Origin: Candidatus Heimdallarchaeota archaeon
GTDB taxonomy: Archaea > Asgardarchaeota > Heimdallarchaeia > Hodarchaeales > Hodarchaeaceae
Assembly (NCBI GenBank): GCA_048881705.1
Contig: JBHLSH010000018.1
Location: forward strand, 1-49,125
Length of the DNA stretch: 49,125 nucleotides
Direction of reading: 5' to 3'
The notes under the pieces are model-generated. The model had not been told where the DNA came from and did no database searches. It saw only the letters and a program-made list of their open reading frames with translations. Each line of letters starts with the position of its first letter. Within the stretch, counting starts at the first letter, position 1. Positions 9,444 to 18,318 of the stretch are shown one piece after another. Both the position numbers and the translations under genes were made by a program.

Positions 9444-10556
9444 TCATGAATAAAACCTGACTGCACCTGGGTCAATCTTAACAGTCACCTTATCTTCTAG
9501 ATGGAAAAAATCTTCTTCAATTGGACCGTAGGTTCGAATCATGGTTTGTTGATTTCGTGCAGGCAATATAGGGGAGGAGGTGCTAGCTGTAACACTAATC
9601 AGCACAACAGACTTATGAATCATGGGTTCTGGGACAATCGCTATTATTTCGCCGTAGAGTGAGTTCGGGGGGAGAGTGTCGTCAAACTGTGCTTTGGCGA
9701 CGGAAAGGTGTAAGGGGTCGAGATGGATACCTCTCGCTTGGGGTGGTATTTGTATCCTAGATTCGGGAATACGAATTTCTCCGAGATCTGTGTGGATGAT
9801 ATGTTCAGATTTCTCTTTATCAAGGCTAACCGTGTTTATTAATAGAATATTTTTCAGTCCCAAGGTCATGGCTACCTTTAATGACTTTGGATGCAAGTTT
9901 ACTGTTTTAGGGGAGCCAACCTGAAGAGTTTTACCCTCATCCATTATTACCAGTCTATCAGCAAGCATTTTGGCTTCCTGTAGGTCATGTGTTACAAATA
10001 AGGTGGTGATAGCTTCGTTTTTTTGAAGTTTACGTATGTACATTGCTAATTGTTCACGTAAATGTGAATCAACGTTGCTTAGAGGCTCATCCAACAATAT
10101 CAGGTTGGGTGACGGAGCTAAAGCCCGTAATAAGGCCACTCGTTGAGATTGTCCTCCAGATAACTCATAAGGTCGTCTTTCAAGGAGTTCTAATAGTCCC
10201 CCAAGACGAGCTAACTCCAAAACTCTTGTATGGACTTCTTCCTTCGTGTGTCCATGCAGACCGAACGATAGGTTCCCGTACACTGTGAGGTGGGGGAAAA
10301 GCGCTTGATTCTGGGGAACGTATCCAATCTTCCTTTTTTCGATCGGTAAGTTTAGCAAATCGACCTTGTTTACTCGAATGGTCCCTCTTTGAGGTGTTAG
10401 AATGCCTACAAGGATTCTGAGCAATGTAGTTTTTCCGCAGCCCGATGGTCCGACAAGAGCTAAAAGTTCACCTTCACTCCCTTCCAAAGAAATTCCATTG
10501 AGTACCCAAATCCTGTTATACTTGAAATATAGATTCTCTACTTCTAGGAAGGCCAG
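9444..10556 (-). CDS. thiQ: Thiamine ABC transporter ATP-binding protein (probable CTG start)
   Basis: Walker A is GPSGCGKTT, the signature is LSGGQSQRV and Walker B is LILLDEP. The ABC domain extends upstream of the track start (10487) as AFLEVENLYFKY...VLNGISL, to a CTG at 10556 bounded by an in-frame TAA at 10562-10560. Confidence 0.8.
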   Translation of the reverse strand: MAFLEVENLYFKYNRIWVLNGISLEGSEGELLALVGPSGCGKTTLLRILVGILTPQRGTIRVNKVDLLNLPIEKRKIGYVPQNQALFPHLTVYGNLSFGLHGHTKEEVHTRVLELARLGGLLELLERRPYELSGGQSQRVALLRALAPSPNLILLDEPLSNVDSHLREQLAMYIRKLQKNEAITTLFVTHDLQEAKMLADRLVIMDEGKTLQVGSPKTVNLHPKSLKVAMTLGLKNILLINTVSLDKEKSEHIIHTDLGEIRIPESRIQIPPQARGIHLDPLHLSVAKAQFDDTLPPNSLYGEIIAIVPEPMIHKSVVLISVTASTSSPILPARNQQTMIRTYGPIEEDFFHLEDKVTVKIDPGAVRFYS

Positions 10557-10583
10557 TTCTTACCACCTGGTTATGTTTCGGCG

Positions 10584-12296
10584 CTAGAATCGAAAGTCAA
10601 GGCGTCCTAGTTTCTCAATGATAATGAAGCTAATGGTTGAAAGAAGGATGAGAACAGTGGAAAAGGCTGCCGCTGGAGCCACATTTCGCGTATTAATCAG
10701 CCGATATATTCCTACTGGTATTGTGGCAAAATTGGCACGTGCCAAAAATGTTGTTGCTCCGAATTCCCCTAAAGAAATTGCAAAGCTAAAGAGTCCAGCC
10801 GCCACAATTCCTGTTAATAACAGCGGAATCTGAATTCTGAGCCACGTATTAAAGCGAGACGAGCCTAAACTTCGGGCAACGCCAATTGTAGAGGGATCGA
10901 TGTTGGCCTGTGTTGCCGCAATTATGCGATAGGCAAAAGGAAAAGCAACGAGTGTATGAGCTATAATTATTGCTAGATTAATGAAGTCACGGTATAATGG
11001 TGAGTTTTGGTACAAAGTTAGGAGTGAAAATGCCAAAGTAATTGAGGAAACAGCCAATGGTAGTACCACGACTATCTCGCCAAACGTTGTTGCCAAGGAA
11101 CGATTAGTGGATGTCTTATATGTCGTTCTGTAACCGATACCCGTACTGAAAAGTAGAGCTAGCAGGGTGGCCAAGATCATCACCACTAATCCAAAGAATA
11201 GGGTATTCATTACCATATCTAGTGGAAGAAGTCCTATATAGCTTCGAATTCCAGGATCTAATAGGCGTATAAAAGACTCTAACGAGAAAGACTGGTCATT
11301 GGGAAACAACGAGACTAAAAACACACCAAGAATCGGATATAAGCAAACCATTCCAATCAGAAAGAAGTACGCTCCAACCCCGATCAACGGAATAACTTTG
11401 TCAAGGCTTAAGGAACGGGACAGAAGAGGTTTTTCATATCTGGAATATTGCGCGGAAATCGGTATTTCATACTTTTTCGTGAAATAAAGGTAGCACACAA
11501 TCATTACTAGGTTAAGAGAGAGTTGGACGAGAGTTAAAGCGGCGGCCGCTGAAAAATTGGTTTGTTTTGCCAACCAAAAGATCCGTACCTCCAGCGTTTG
11601 ATACTGCACGCCACCCAAGACTAAAACCATGGCAAAGCTATTGAATGCATAAATGAATACCAACAGGGCTGCAGCTGCAGTAATTGGTAGGAGATGGGGA
11701 ATTTGAATTCGCCATAGAATTTGAAATTTTGATGCTTTCATACTTTTCGCAACAGCTACAAGATCAGGATCGATATTTTTCCATCCTATCTCAGTCAACC
11801 TTATAATCACGGGAATATTGTAAAAAATATGGGCCAAAAGGATACCTTCATAGCTATTGTAAATCTCAATCAAGATTGAGCCCGTCAGGGCACTCCACAT
11901 TCGGTTAATTGGACTCCCGTGGCCAAACACCTCAATGAAACCGATCAGAACCACAATGGGTGGGAGAATAAATGGGATGGTGAGGAGATTGCGGAGAATA
12001 TTCTTCCCTGGAAATTGATATTTTGTGAAAATATAGCTTCCTGGGAGACCAAGAATAATACACAATCCTGTGGTGATAATTGCCTGCTGAAAATCCCAAT
12101 AAAGGAAGTATTGATTTAACGGGTGTGATAAAACTTCAACTATGTTTTGAAAAGTGATGAAATATTCGCTTTGCGACCCATTAGTGAGAGCTAGAACAAG
12201 GATACGTAACAAGGGGAGAACAAAAAAGAGTATTAGAAAAATCACTGGAAGAAATAAGATTAGAAGTTGCTCCGTCCTCTGTTTATCGAAGGCCAT
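10584..12296 (-). CDS. thiP: Thiamine ABC transporter permease (duplicated BPD_transp_1 domains)
   Basis: It is a multi-TM protein with two EAA-like loops (VAKSMKASKFQILWRIQIP; VARSLGSSRFNTWLRIQIP). The likely start is the ATG at 12296 (MAFDKQR). Confidence 0.85.
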   Translation of the reverse strand: MAFDKQRTEQLLILFLPVIFLILFFVLPLLRILVLALTNGSQSEYFITFQNIVEVLSHPLNQYFLYWDFQQAIITTGLCIILGLPGSYIFTKYQFPGKNILRNLLTIPFILPPIVVLIGFIEVFGHGSPINRMWSALTGSILIEIYNSYEGILLAHIFYNIPVIIRLTEIGWKNIDPDLVAVAKSMKASKFQILWRIQIPHLLPITAAAALLVFIYAFNSFAMVLVLGGVQYQTLEVRIFWLAKQTNFSAAAALTLVQLSLNLVMIVCYLYFTKKYEIPISAQYSRYEKPLLSRSLSLDKVIPLIGVGAYFFLIGMVCLYPILGVFLVSLFPNDQSFSLESFIRLLDPGIRSYIGLLPLDMVMNTLFFGLVVMILATLLALLFSTGIGYRTTYKTSTNRSLATTFGEIVVVLPLAVSSITLAFSLLTLYQNSPLYRDFINLAIIIAHTLVAFPFAYRIIAATQANIDPSTIGVARSLGSSRFNTWLRIQIPLLLTGIVAAGLFSFAISLGEFGATTFLARANFATIPVGIYRLINTRNVAPAAAFSTVLILLSTISFIIIEKLGRLDFRF

Positions 12297-12331
12297 TGAT
12301 TGATTACCCAATTCCTGCAGCAAATGCAAGG

Positions 12332-13570
12332 TTACAGGTCTTTCTTGCTTTTTCTCTGGATGATTATAGGGATCGCGAAAAAGACCACGATAATCAAGGT
12401 AGTGGGCGTATCAAATCCAGGAGTCGTTTTTACGATTGCCTTTTCCCATTCGTCTTGCCAATACGATAGATACTGTTTTAACATGGTTGGAGGAATCAGA
12501 TCATTCAGTCGATTTACAGTGTCTGGCGCAATTGTAGATTCTTGGAAACAGGAGGAAAGTTTTGCTTCTGTATTTGCAGGATACATCCATTGATGTTCTG
12601 GGAGTTCCGATTGAAGATTGGCTCCCAAGAACCAGTCGATAAAGGCTTTCCCGTTCTCGGGATGGGGACTGTTTTTCACAAGCCCAATTCCTTCAATTTG
12701 TAACCATGCGTTAGACATTCCATTCTCGTGTGTTACGAGGGCAGAAGTTGTGTTGTCTCCCCATTGGCAATACCCATAAGCTGGAGACGTCCCGTAAGAA
12801 ACCATTATTGATCTGTTTTCCTCAGGTTCAAAGAAGATCCCAAAGGCGTCTCCCCAGGATTTGGTTATCAAAAGACTATCACTGGCGCTACGCCACCATG
12901 TTCTCCAGTCCTGTTTTAACATTCCATCAAAATCTACCATAGGGTCACCATACACGGCGATTGTCCATAGCAGAAATCCTAATCCAGGACTGCTAAACTT
13001 TGGGTTTTCAACAATTAGCATAGAGAGTAAATCGGAATCTAAAAGCGAGTTCAAGGTAAGGTTGACAAGTTCCGGATGTGAGGAGGCATTAATGAGGGTA
13101 TTCCAGTAATAGAGCGCAATAATCCCATAATCATACGGAAGGAGATACTTTTCAGGATCTAGGTTCAAAATTAGGTTTGAATCGAGCTGGTTGATATTCG
13201 GGGGAGTATACTTTTCGAGCAGCAGGCTCTTGTTTTCAATAAGATGAATTAATGCATTATCGATACCAATAACTACATCTGCTTGAGGTTGGGGTTGCTC
13301 TGCAAGCAGTCGCGTCACAATATCATTGCCATCTCCTAATCTAGTAATTTGGATATCGTTTCGAGGTATCCCTGAAACCTCAGAAAAGTTCCCAATGAGG
13401 TCATATTCAGGATCATCGAACAAACTCTCATAAGTGTAAATTACAAGCTGTGATACATTTGCTCGAGTCGGGGAAAGCAATCCTACTAAGTTTACAGCAT
13501 AGGGGATAACTAGACCGTAGAATAATAGGAATACCATTAATACGGATAATCCTATTCTGTAGCGCCTCAA
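12332..13570 (-). CDS. thiB: Thiamine ABC transporter substrate-binding protein with C-terminal TPGF-TM-basic anchor
   Basis: It has TbpA/ThiB-like motifs QADVVIGIDN, PYDYG, SSPGLGFL and QIEGIG, an N-terminal signal/TM, and the C-terminus TPGFDTPTTLIIVVFFAIPIIIQRKSKK. Confidence 0.85.
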   Translation of the reverse strand: MRRYRIGLSVLMVFLLFYGLVIPYAVNLVGLLSPTRANVSQLVIYTYESLFDDPEYDLIGNFSEVSGIPRNDIQITRLGDGNDIVTRLLAEQPQPQADVVIGIDNALIHLIENKSLLLEKYTPPNINQLDSNLILNLDPEKYLLPYDYGIIALYYWNTLINASSHPELVNLTLNSLLDSDLLSMLIVENPKFSSPGLGFLLWTIAVYGDPMVDFDGMLKQDWRTWWRSASDSLLITKSWGDAFGIFFEPEENRSIMVSYGTSPAYGYCQWGDNTTSALVTHENGMSNAWLQIEGIGLVKNSPHPENGKAFIDWFLGANLQSELPEHQWMYPANTEAKLSSCFQESTIAPDTVNRLNDLIPPTMLKQYLSYWQDEWEKAIVKTTPGFDTPTTLIIVVFFAIPIIIQRKSKKDL

Positions 13571-13702
13571 ACATCAACACTTCCGATTACAATCAGCTTT
13601 TTGGAGGACCTTGGTTCTGCAAGAGATCTAACCTAGATTTTCCTTAAGGTGAAGAACACGAGGTATTTTCACCTTGGTCGGGGAAGTTCAAACTGGTTAG
13701 GT

Positions 13703-13723
13703 TAATATATGTGTCGTATATTA
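13703..13723. promoter_or_regulatory. Palindrome TAATATA-N7-TATATTA upstream of thiB; candidate ThiR operator
   Basis: The 7-bp arms are perfect and lie ~135 nt upstream of the thiB start. The link to ThiR is inferred. Confidence 0.35.
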
Positions 13724-13804
13724 GGGCCCTATAGCAAAGTTAATAGGATCTGATCACCGCTTCAATTGAATTAACAGTTAAAGGGTTAAATTTCCTGCAG
13801 TCTT

Positions 13805-14440
13805 CTACCCGTTGTCCGTATTTAAACTTTCATTTATCGCACTAGAATGCGTGTTGGCTTCGTTCAATAGAGTGGGTGGCAAACCAAGCTGGGAATTTTT
13901 GGCCCAATCGATTACTTCTTTGATCCATTTCCCACAACATCTGCCTGCTGGATTAGTGATTTTGCAATCTTTCCCCTTATTGGCCCCAGTATACTCCTTG
14001 ATATCCTGTAAAGAGTCACAGCACTTCTTTATAAGAAGCTCATAAAGAATCTGCTCTTCTAGGACGCCCGTGCAATAGCACATTGGACGTCCTTCTGTTC
14101 GGATTTCCATTTTTTGCATTACAGCAACGCGCAGATCTGATCGGCCGAAGTAACTTTTAGTCATGTTATTAAAATAGACTACAGGGCAGCCCCGCTCGCT
14201 ACAAAAGTAAAACCCTTCTTCGGTAAGATGTACCCAATATGCAGGATGTACGTGGTTCGTCATTGTTATTTTCCGAAGAGCGAGCCCGTTAGTCCCTGAA
14301 ATAGGACAGAAAGTTGTGTCAGTTTTACCCTCTTCGTGGCCATTGGTTGACTCAAAGGCGAGCACATCTCCCCCCACTGATATCACTGTTTTTGTAGAAG
14401 GTCCCATCTCGAAAAGAACCCCAAGGTCACTAAACACCAA
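13805..14440 (-). CDS. Stand-alone CopZ-N-terminal-like protein (Zn-binding + BFD-like [2Fe-2S] domain)
   Basis: The Cys pattern CPISG...H...FYFCSERGCPVVYF...CYC...C..TNPAGRCC resembles the N-terminal domain of Archaeoglobus CopZ. The start codon is uncertain. Confidence 0.7.
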   Translation of the reverse strand: MVFSDLGVLFEMGPSTKTVISVGGDVLAFESTNGHEEGKTDTTFCPISGTNGLALRKITMTNHVHPAYWVHLTEEGFYFCSERGCPVVYFNNMTKSYFGRSDLRVAVMQKMEIRTEGRPMCYCTGVLEEQILYELLIKKCCDSLQDIKEYTGANKGKDCKITNPAGRCCGKWIKEVIDWAKNSQLGLPPTLLNEANTHSSAINESLNTDNG

Positions 14441-14790
14441 TTCTGATGATTATTAGTATCAATTTATATAAATCACTTTTCATATAAAATATTTTTCCAA
14501 TGATTTTAGAACCCATGATAGCCTAAATCCCCTTCAACGCTATATATCAAACCAGTGGGTTATTCCAGCCATCGTAAAAAAGAAGATCTAGTTCAAGGAT
14601 ATAGAAAAATCGAATTTTACAGCAATCAATAAATTTAGGGCCATTAGTGGTTTTGTGACAATATTAATGTCAGTAAAGATAAGCTAGGAGTACCAGGGTA
14701 AGTGAATATTTCCCTTTAACATGAAGGAATGTGTTCATCAGACTATCTGAAGTGTTTCACGCCAAAAAGGATTGGAAATCCGTTTCAAAC

Positions 14791-15051
14791 TCATATTGAA
14801 GAATTTTCTTCTCCAAAGTTCTGATTAATCTGAATTAGCGTTACAGTTTTCTGTACTCCCTCAATTTGTCTGATTTTCCGACTAATAAGCGGTCCTAGTT
14901 GTTTTATCTTTGGAACTTGTACCTCTAAAAAGAGATCATATTCACCAAAAGTGATAGACGCCTTCTCGACTTCTCCCAACCTACCGAGCTCTTCTTGAAC
15001 GCGGTATTCTTCCCCTGGGATTACACACAACAGCACAATAGCGGTAACCAT
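14791..15051 (-). CDS. Lrp/AsnC ligand-binding-domain protein (no HTH)
   Basis: MVTAIVLL...V.EEL..L.EV.....TFGEYDL...IR.IEGV.KT.T is the typical stand-alone AsnC/Lrp C-terminal domain. The start is the ATG at 15051. Confidence 0.8.
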   Translation of the reverse strand: MVTAIVLLCVIPGEEYRVQEELGRLGEVEKASITFGEYDLFLEVQVPKIKQLGPLISRKIRQIEGVQKTVTLIQINQNFGEENSSI

Positions 15052-15266
15052 GGAATTCAAACCTTTTCCTAGACGCACTAATACCGAGAGGAAGAAACTC
15101 ACGCGTTGCGTCCGAATGTTTGCTCAATTAGGCTTGAGACCCAAAATTATTATATCTATTTCTTCCGTTTATAACTCTGCTAGCAGGAGAGTATCCCGCT
15201 TCAATACTCATTATTGAGAACTAATTTCCTAAGACTTTAAATAAAATCGTGTAGCCTGACGAATAG

Positions 15267-15968
15267 ATGGTAATGCAGGAATACCAAGAATTATATCGAC
15301 TCCAATCAAGTCTTTCGGGCACTTTTGACCGCATGGGGTTAACTCAGGAGTTACAAGGTGAATCTATATTCGATGAATTTACCACGCAAGAACGAGAACA
15401 GGTAGCATTTCTGATTGAAAAATTTGAAAACCGCTTAGCGGAAGTCCGATCCAATTTACAATCTGTGGAGGAAATACTTGATCAACGGTTACTTGTCCGT
15501 CTTGGTAACTACTATCATGCAATGGGAGAGGAACTCACCGCCCTAGACTATTATGATTTAAGTAATATGGTAGAAGAAAATGAATGGGCACTTTTTAACA
15601 CTGGTAGAATCTTGTATAACCAAGATGACTTGGAAGGTGCTACTCAGCGTTTCGAAGAAGCCATAAAAATTAAACCTGAGTTTCCACAGGCATTTAGATA
15701 CTTAGGACTTATTCTCTTCAGAAGAGGGGACAAGGAAGAGGCGCTAAACAAACTAAAGCATAGTCAAAAATTAAATCCTAATGATCTTGAGACAAATAAA
15801 ATATTGGCAGAATATTTTCTGGAACAAGGAGAGAAAAAGGAAGCGTTATCTCATCTGAAAGCTATACACTATCGGGATGAAGCGGTTACAGAGAAAATTG
15901 AAGAACTAGAACGAAGAAAATCATTATTTAATCGTTTGAAGGATAGGCTTCGGGGGACGGATAATTGA
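15267..15968 (+). CDS. TPR-repeat protein
   Basis: It has several TPR-like units (ALFNTGRILY...A...FEEAIKIKPE; AFRYLGLILF...A...L..S..LNP). Confidence 0.8.
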   Translation: MVMQEYQELYRLQSSLSGTFDRMGLTQELQGESIFDEFTTQEREQVAFLIEKFENRLAEVRSNLQSVEEILDQRLLVRLGNYYHAMGEELTALDYYDLSNMVEENEWALFNTGRILYNQDDLEGATQRFEEAIKIKPEFPQAFRYLGLILFRRGDKEEALNKLKHSQKLNPNDLETNKILAEYFLEQGEKKEALSHLKAIHYRDEAVTEKIEELERRKSLFNRLKDRLRGTDN

Positions 15969-15981
15969 CCCGGGGATCAGA

Positions 15982-17817
15982 ATGAACCAATACACTCCTA
16001 TTTCAGAGCTCATAATCCATCCATCCGTCAGGCCGCAGCAACAGCGAACGTATGATAAGATCCAACAGAAATGGAAGCAGTTTCATTCGTTTTTTTGTGC
16101 CCTTCCAACGGGGTCGGGCAAAACTGACTTGGCAGCCTGTCTCTTGTCAGATTATTTGAAAAACACAGGTAATTCAGAAAAAATTGACATTTTGGTCTCC
16201 CGTCGGACCCACCAAGACTTTTGGCTTAATATCGTAAAACAATATGGAAAACGTCACGCTTTTAGTGTTGCGGTTTTAAAAGGAAGGAGCGCGTATTATT
16301 GTCCTATTGTCAAATCTGGTGCAAATTTTGCCCCCTGTGCTTTCGATTATGAATATGCGAAAACGTGTCGGGAACGATCCCGCTGTGACTTGCTGGAAGC
16401 ACGCCGTCAAATCCGAAAGGCCAAGGTACGAATCCTTAATTGGTGGGTGTTCAAGTACGTTGATCTTGGTGAGGCAAAAGCTGCCTTCCGGATCTTTGAT
16501 GAGGCGCATAATCTCCTAAATCTCGAATCTTTGGTTCGAGTAGAGATCAAAAGGTCATTGTTACTAAATGTATGCCGTGACCAAGGTCTTATTGATCAAT
16601 TTCGAGCATGGGAAAAAAACAGGCTAACCAAAAATAAGTATGTTTTCCTCCCGCTTAAAGAGGGATTGAACTTTCTTCGAGACCTTCAAGAGGTTCTGGA
16701 ACAGCGTGAGAAGGAAGCTGCAGTAACGCTTGATGCTCAATCTGGAGTCCAGGAACCCGAATCACTTAGAGAACTCGGGCGGATCACTGAACTGATCTAC
16801 TCGATTAATGAATTAATCGAAAACCCTCAGGGCTCAGATCTGCGCTTCATCTTCCAAAGAATCCCAGGTTCGGCTCAACCCAATTCCTTACGTTTTATTG
16901 CTCAGCCATTTGATATTTCATTCATTTTTTCCAAGTTATTTAAAGGAAGTAAGAATCTTTTCTTGTCTGCTACAATTGGGGATGGTGAATATTTGGCCAA
17001 ACTTTTGGGATTGAATACGGACCACTGTTGTTTCATCAGGGAATCTTCTGCGTTCAAAAAGGAGAATCATCCATTTGTTTTACTGAAAGAGGCGCATAGG
17101 CTGTCCACTGCCTCCAAAGAAAAGAAAATGGACTCTTTTAGAGCTCTTGCAGATCAAACCACCCCGTTTTTCAGACTAGCCCACCAGGAAAAACTCCGTG
17201 GCCTTATTTTGGCATCTAGTTTCGAACTGGCATCTCACATGGAAAAACTCGCTCGTGCTGAAAAACTAACGGTGATTTCGCATACCGCTGGTAAGTCAGA
17301 TGAAGCAGTCAAGCATTTTATATCCCAGCAAAGAGGAGATGTCCTGATTTCACCATCCACTTGGGAAGGAATTTCACTTGACGATGATTTGGCGCGTTTT
17401 TGCCTCATTCCCAAATTACCTTTTCCAATGATGGCAGATCCCATCATTCAGTATAAGGCGAAGAAATATCCTAGTTTTATAGAGAATAGTGTCCTAGTCT
17501 CCATTCAACAGGCCCACGGGCGGATTCAGCGTAATCCATCGGATTATGGTATAACGATCTGCTTTGATGCAAATTTTCGATGGCTACGGAGAAAACGAGC
17601 CAAAAGTCTCGAACCTTGGTTTACGGAGCGTATGCTAGAATTGTCGTTGCATGAGATAACGTCTGAGATTCGAAATCTTATCAAGATTAGGCCCGAAGTT
17701 CAATCAAAAAGGGATGTTGATACCAAAAATAACTTATTTTCCCGAATGGCGAAGGAAGATCAGAACTGGCTTAAAACAAGCGGTCTTGCCGACCTATTAT
17801 CTCCCGATAATGACTAA
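15982..17817 (+). CDS. DinG/XPD-family (SF2) Fe-S DNA helicase
   Basis: Motif I is LPTGSGKT, there is a four-Cys region (YCP...CAF...CRERSRC), motif II is DEAHN, and later motifs include LSATI, WEGISL and QQAHGRIQR (motif VI). Confidence 0.85.
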   Translation: MNQYTPISELIIHPSVRPQQQRTYDKIQQKWKQFHSFFCALPTGSGKTDLAACLLSDYLKNTGNSEKIDILVSRRTHQDFWLNIVKQYGKRHAFSVAVLKGRSAYYCPIVKSGANFAPCAFDYEYAKTCRERSRCDLLEARRQIRKAKVRILNWWVFKYVDLGEAKAAFRIFDEAHNLLNLESLVRVEIKRSLLLNVCRDQGLIDQFRAWEKNRLTKNKYVFLPLKEGLNFLRDLQEVLEQREKEAAVTLDAQSGVQEPESLRELGRITELIYSINELIENPQGSDLRFIFQRIPGSAQPNSLRFIAQPFDISFIFSKLFKGSKNLFLSATIGDGEYLAKLLGLNTDHCCFIRESSAFKKENHPFVLLKEAHRLSTASKEKKMDSFRALADQTTPFFRLAHQEKLRGLILASSFELASHMEKLARAEKLTVISHTAGKSDEAVKHFISQQRGDVLISPSTWEGISLDDDLARFCLIPKLPFPMMADPIIQYKAKKYPSFIENSVLVSIQQAHGRIQRNPSDYGITICFDANFRWLRRKRAKSLEPWFTERMLELSLHEITSEIRNLIKIRPEVQSKRDVDTKNNLFSRMAKEDQNWLKTSGLADLLSPDND

Positions 17818-18220
17818 ACCCGGCGTTCAGTTCCATTTCACCCATAATAACGCATATAAGAATCGTTAAACAACAAATCGATCGCAGATCAATTTTCTGT
17901 TTGAAGTAGTAGCGTGGTTGGTATGTTTCGGGACTGGCGATAGCTTCGACAACTGAAGGAAAATCACCAGCCACCCCGGCTGTTTTGGCTTTCTTTGCTT
18001 GTTTGTCGGAGGAAATTCGACAGGGTTTTATCCCAATAAAAAAATACACTCCGGAGCGTACTAATCACAATTTCTATTCGAAAACATCCTTTCTTAACTC
18101 GTTTTGTTTAGCGCCGACCGATCTTGTCCCCCCTGGGCGCTGGTGGCACGGGAGATAGGGCCCTTACACAGCAAATATCCATTTTTCTTTGATGTTTAGC
18201 TGGGTAATTAATTTTACAAA

Positions 18221-18257
18221 CGTTATACTATCAACTAGGGTCATAGCGTTATACTAT
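18221..18257. repeat. 11-bp direct repeat CGTTATACTAT x2 upstream of trpB2
   Basis: Exact copies lie at 18221-18231 and 18247-18257. Confidence 0.6.
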
Positions 18258-18318
18258 TTCGAACTCAATAGATCTGTCATCTAAGAAAACTGAAAAAATA
18301 CAATAGAACATAACAAAG

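Noticed and set aside
13570-13800. TPP riboswitch upstream of thiB
   Set aside because: The CUGAGA and CCUGAUCUGGAUAAUGCCAG core elements were not found on the sense strand.
15982-17817. CasDinG / type IV CRISPR system
   Set aside because: There are no cas genes or repeat-spacer array in the window, and the context fits a housekeeping DinG/XPD.
17771-18049. 92-aa minus-strand ORF
   Set aside because: It overlaps the helicase 3' end and has no SD or recognisable domain, so it is probably spurious.
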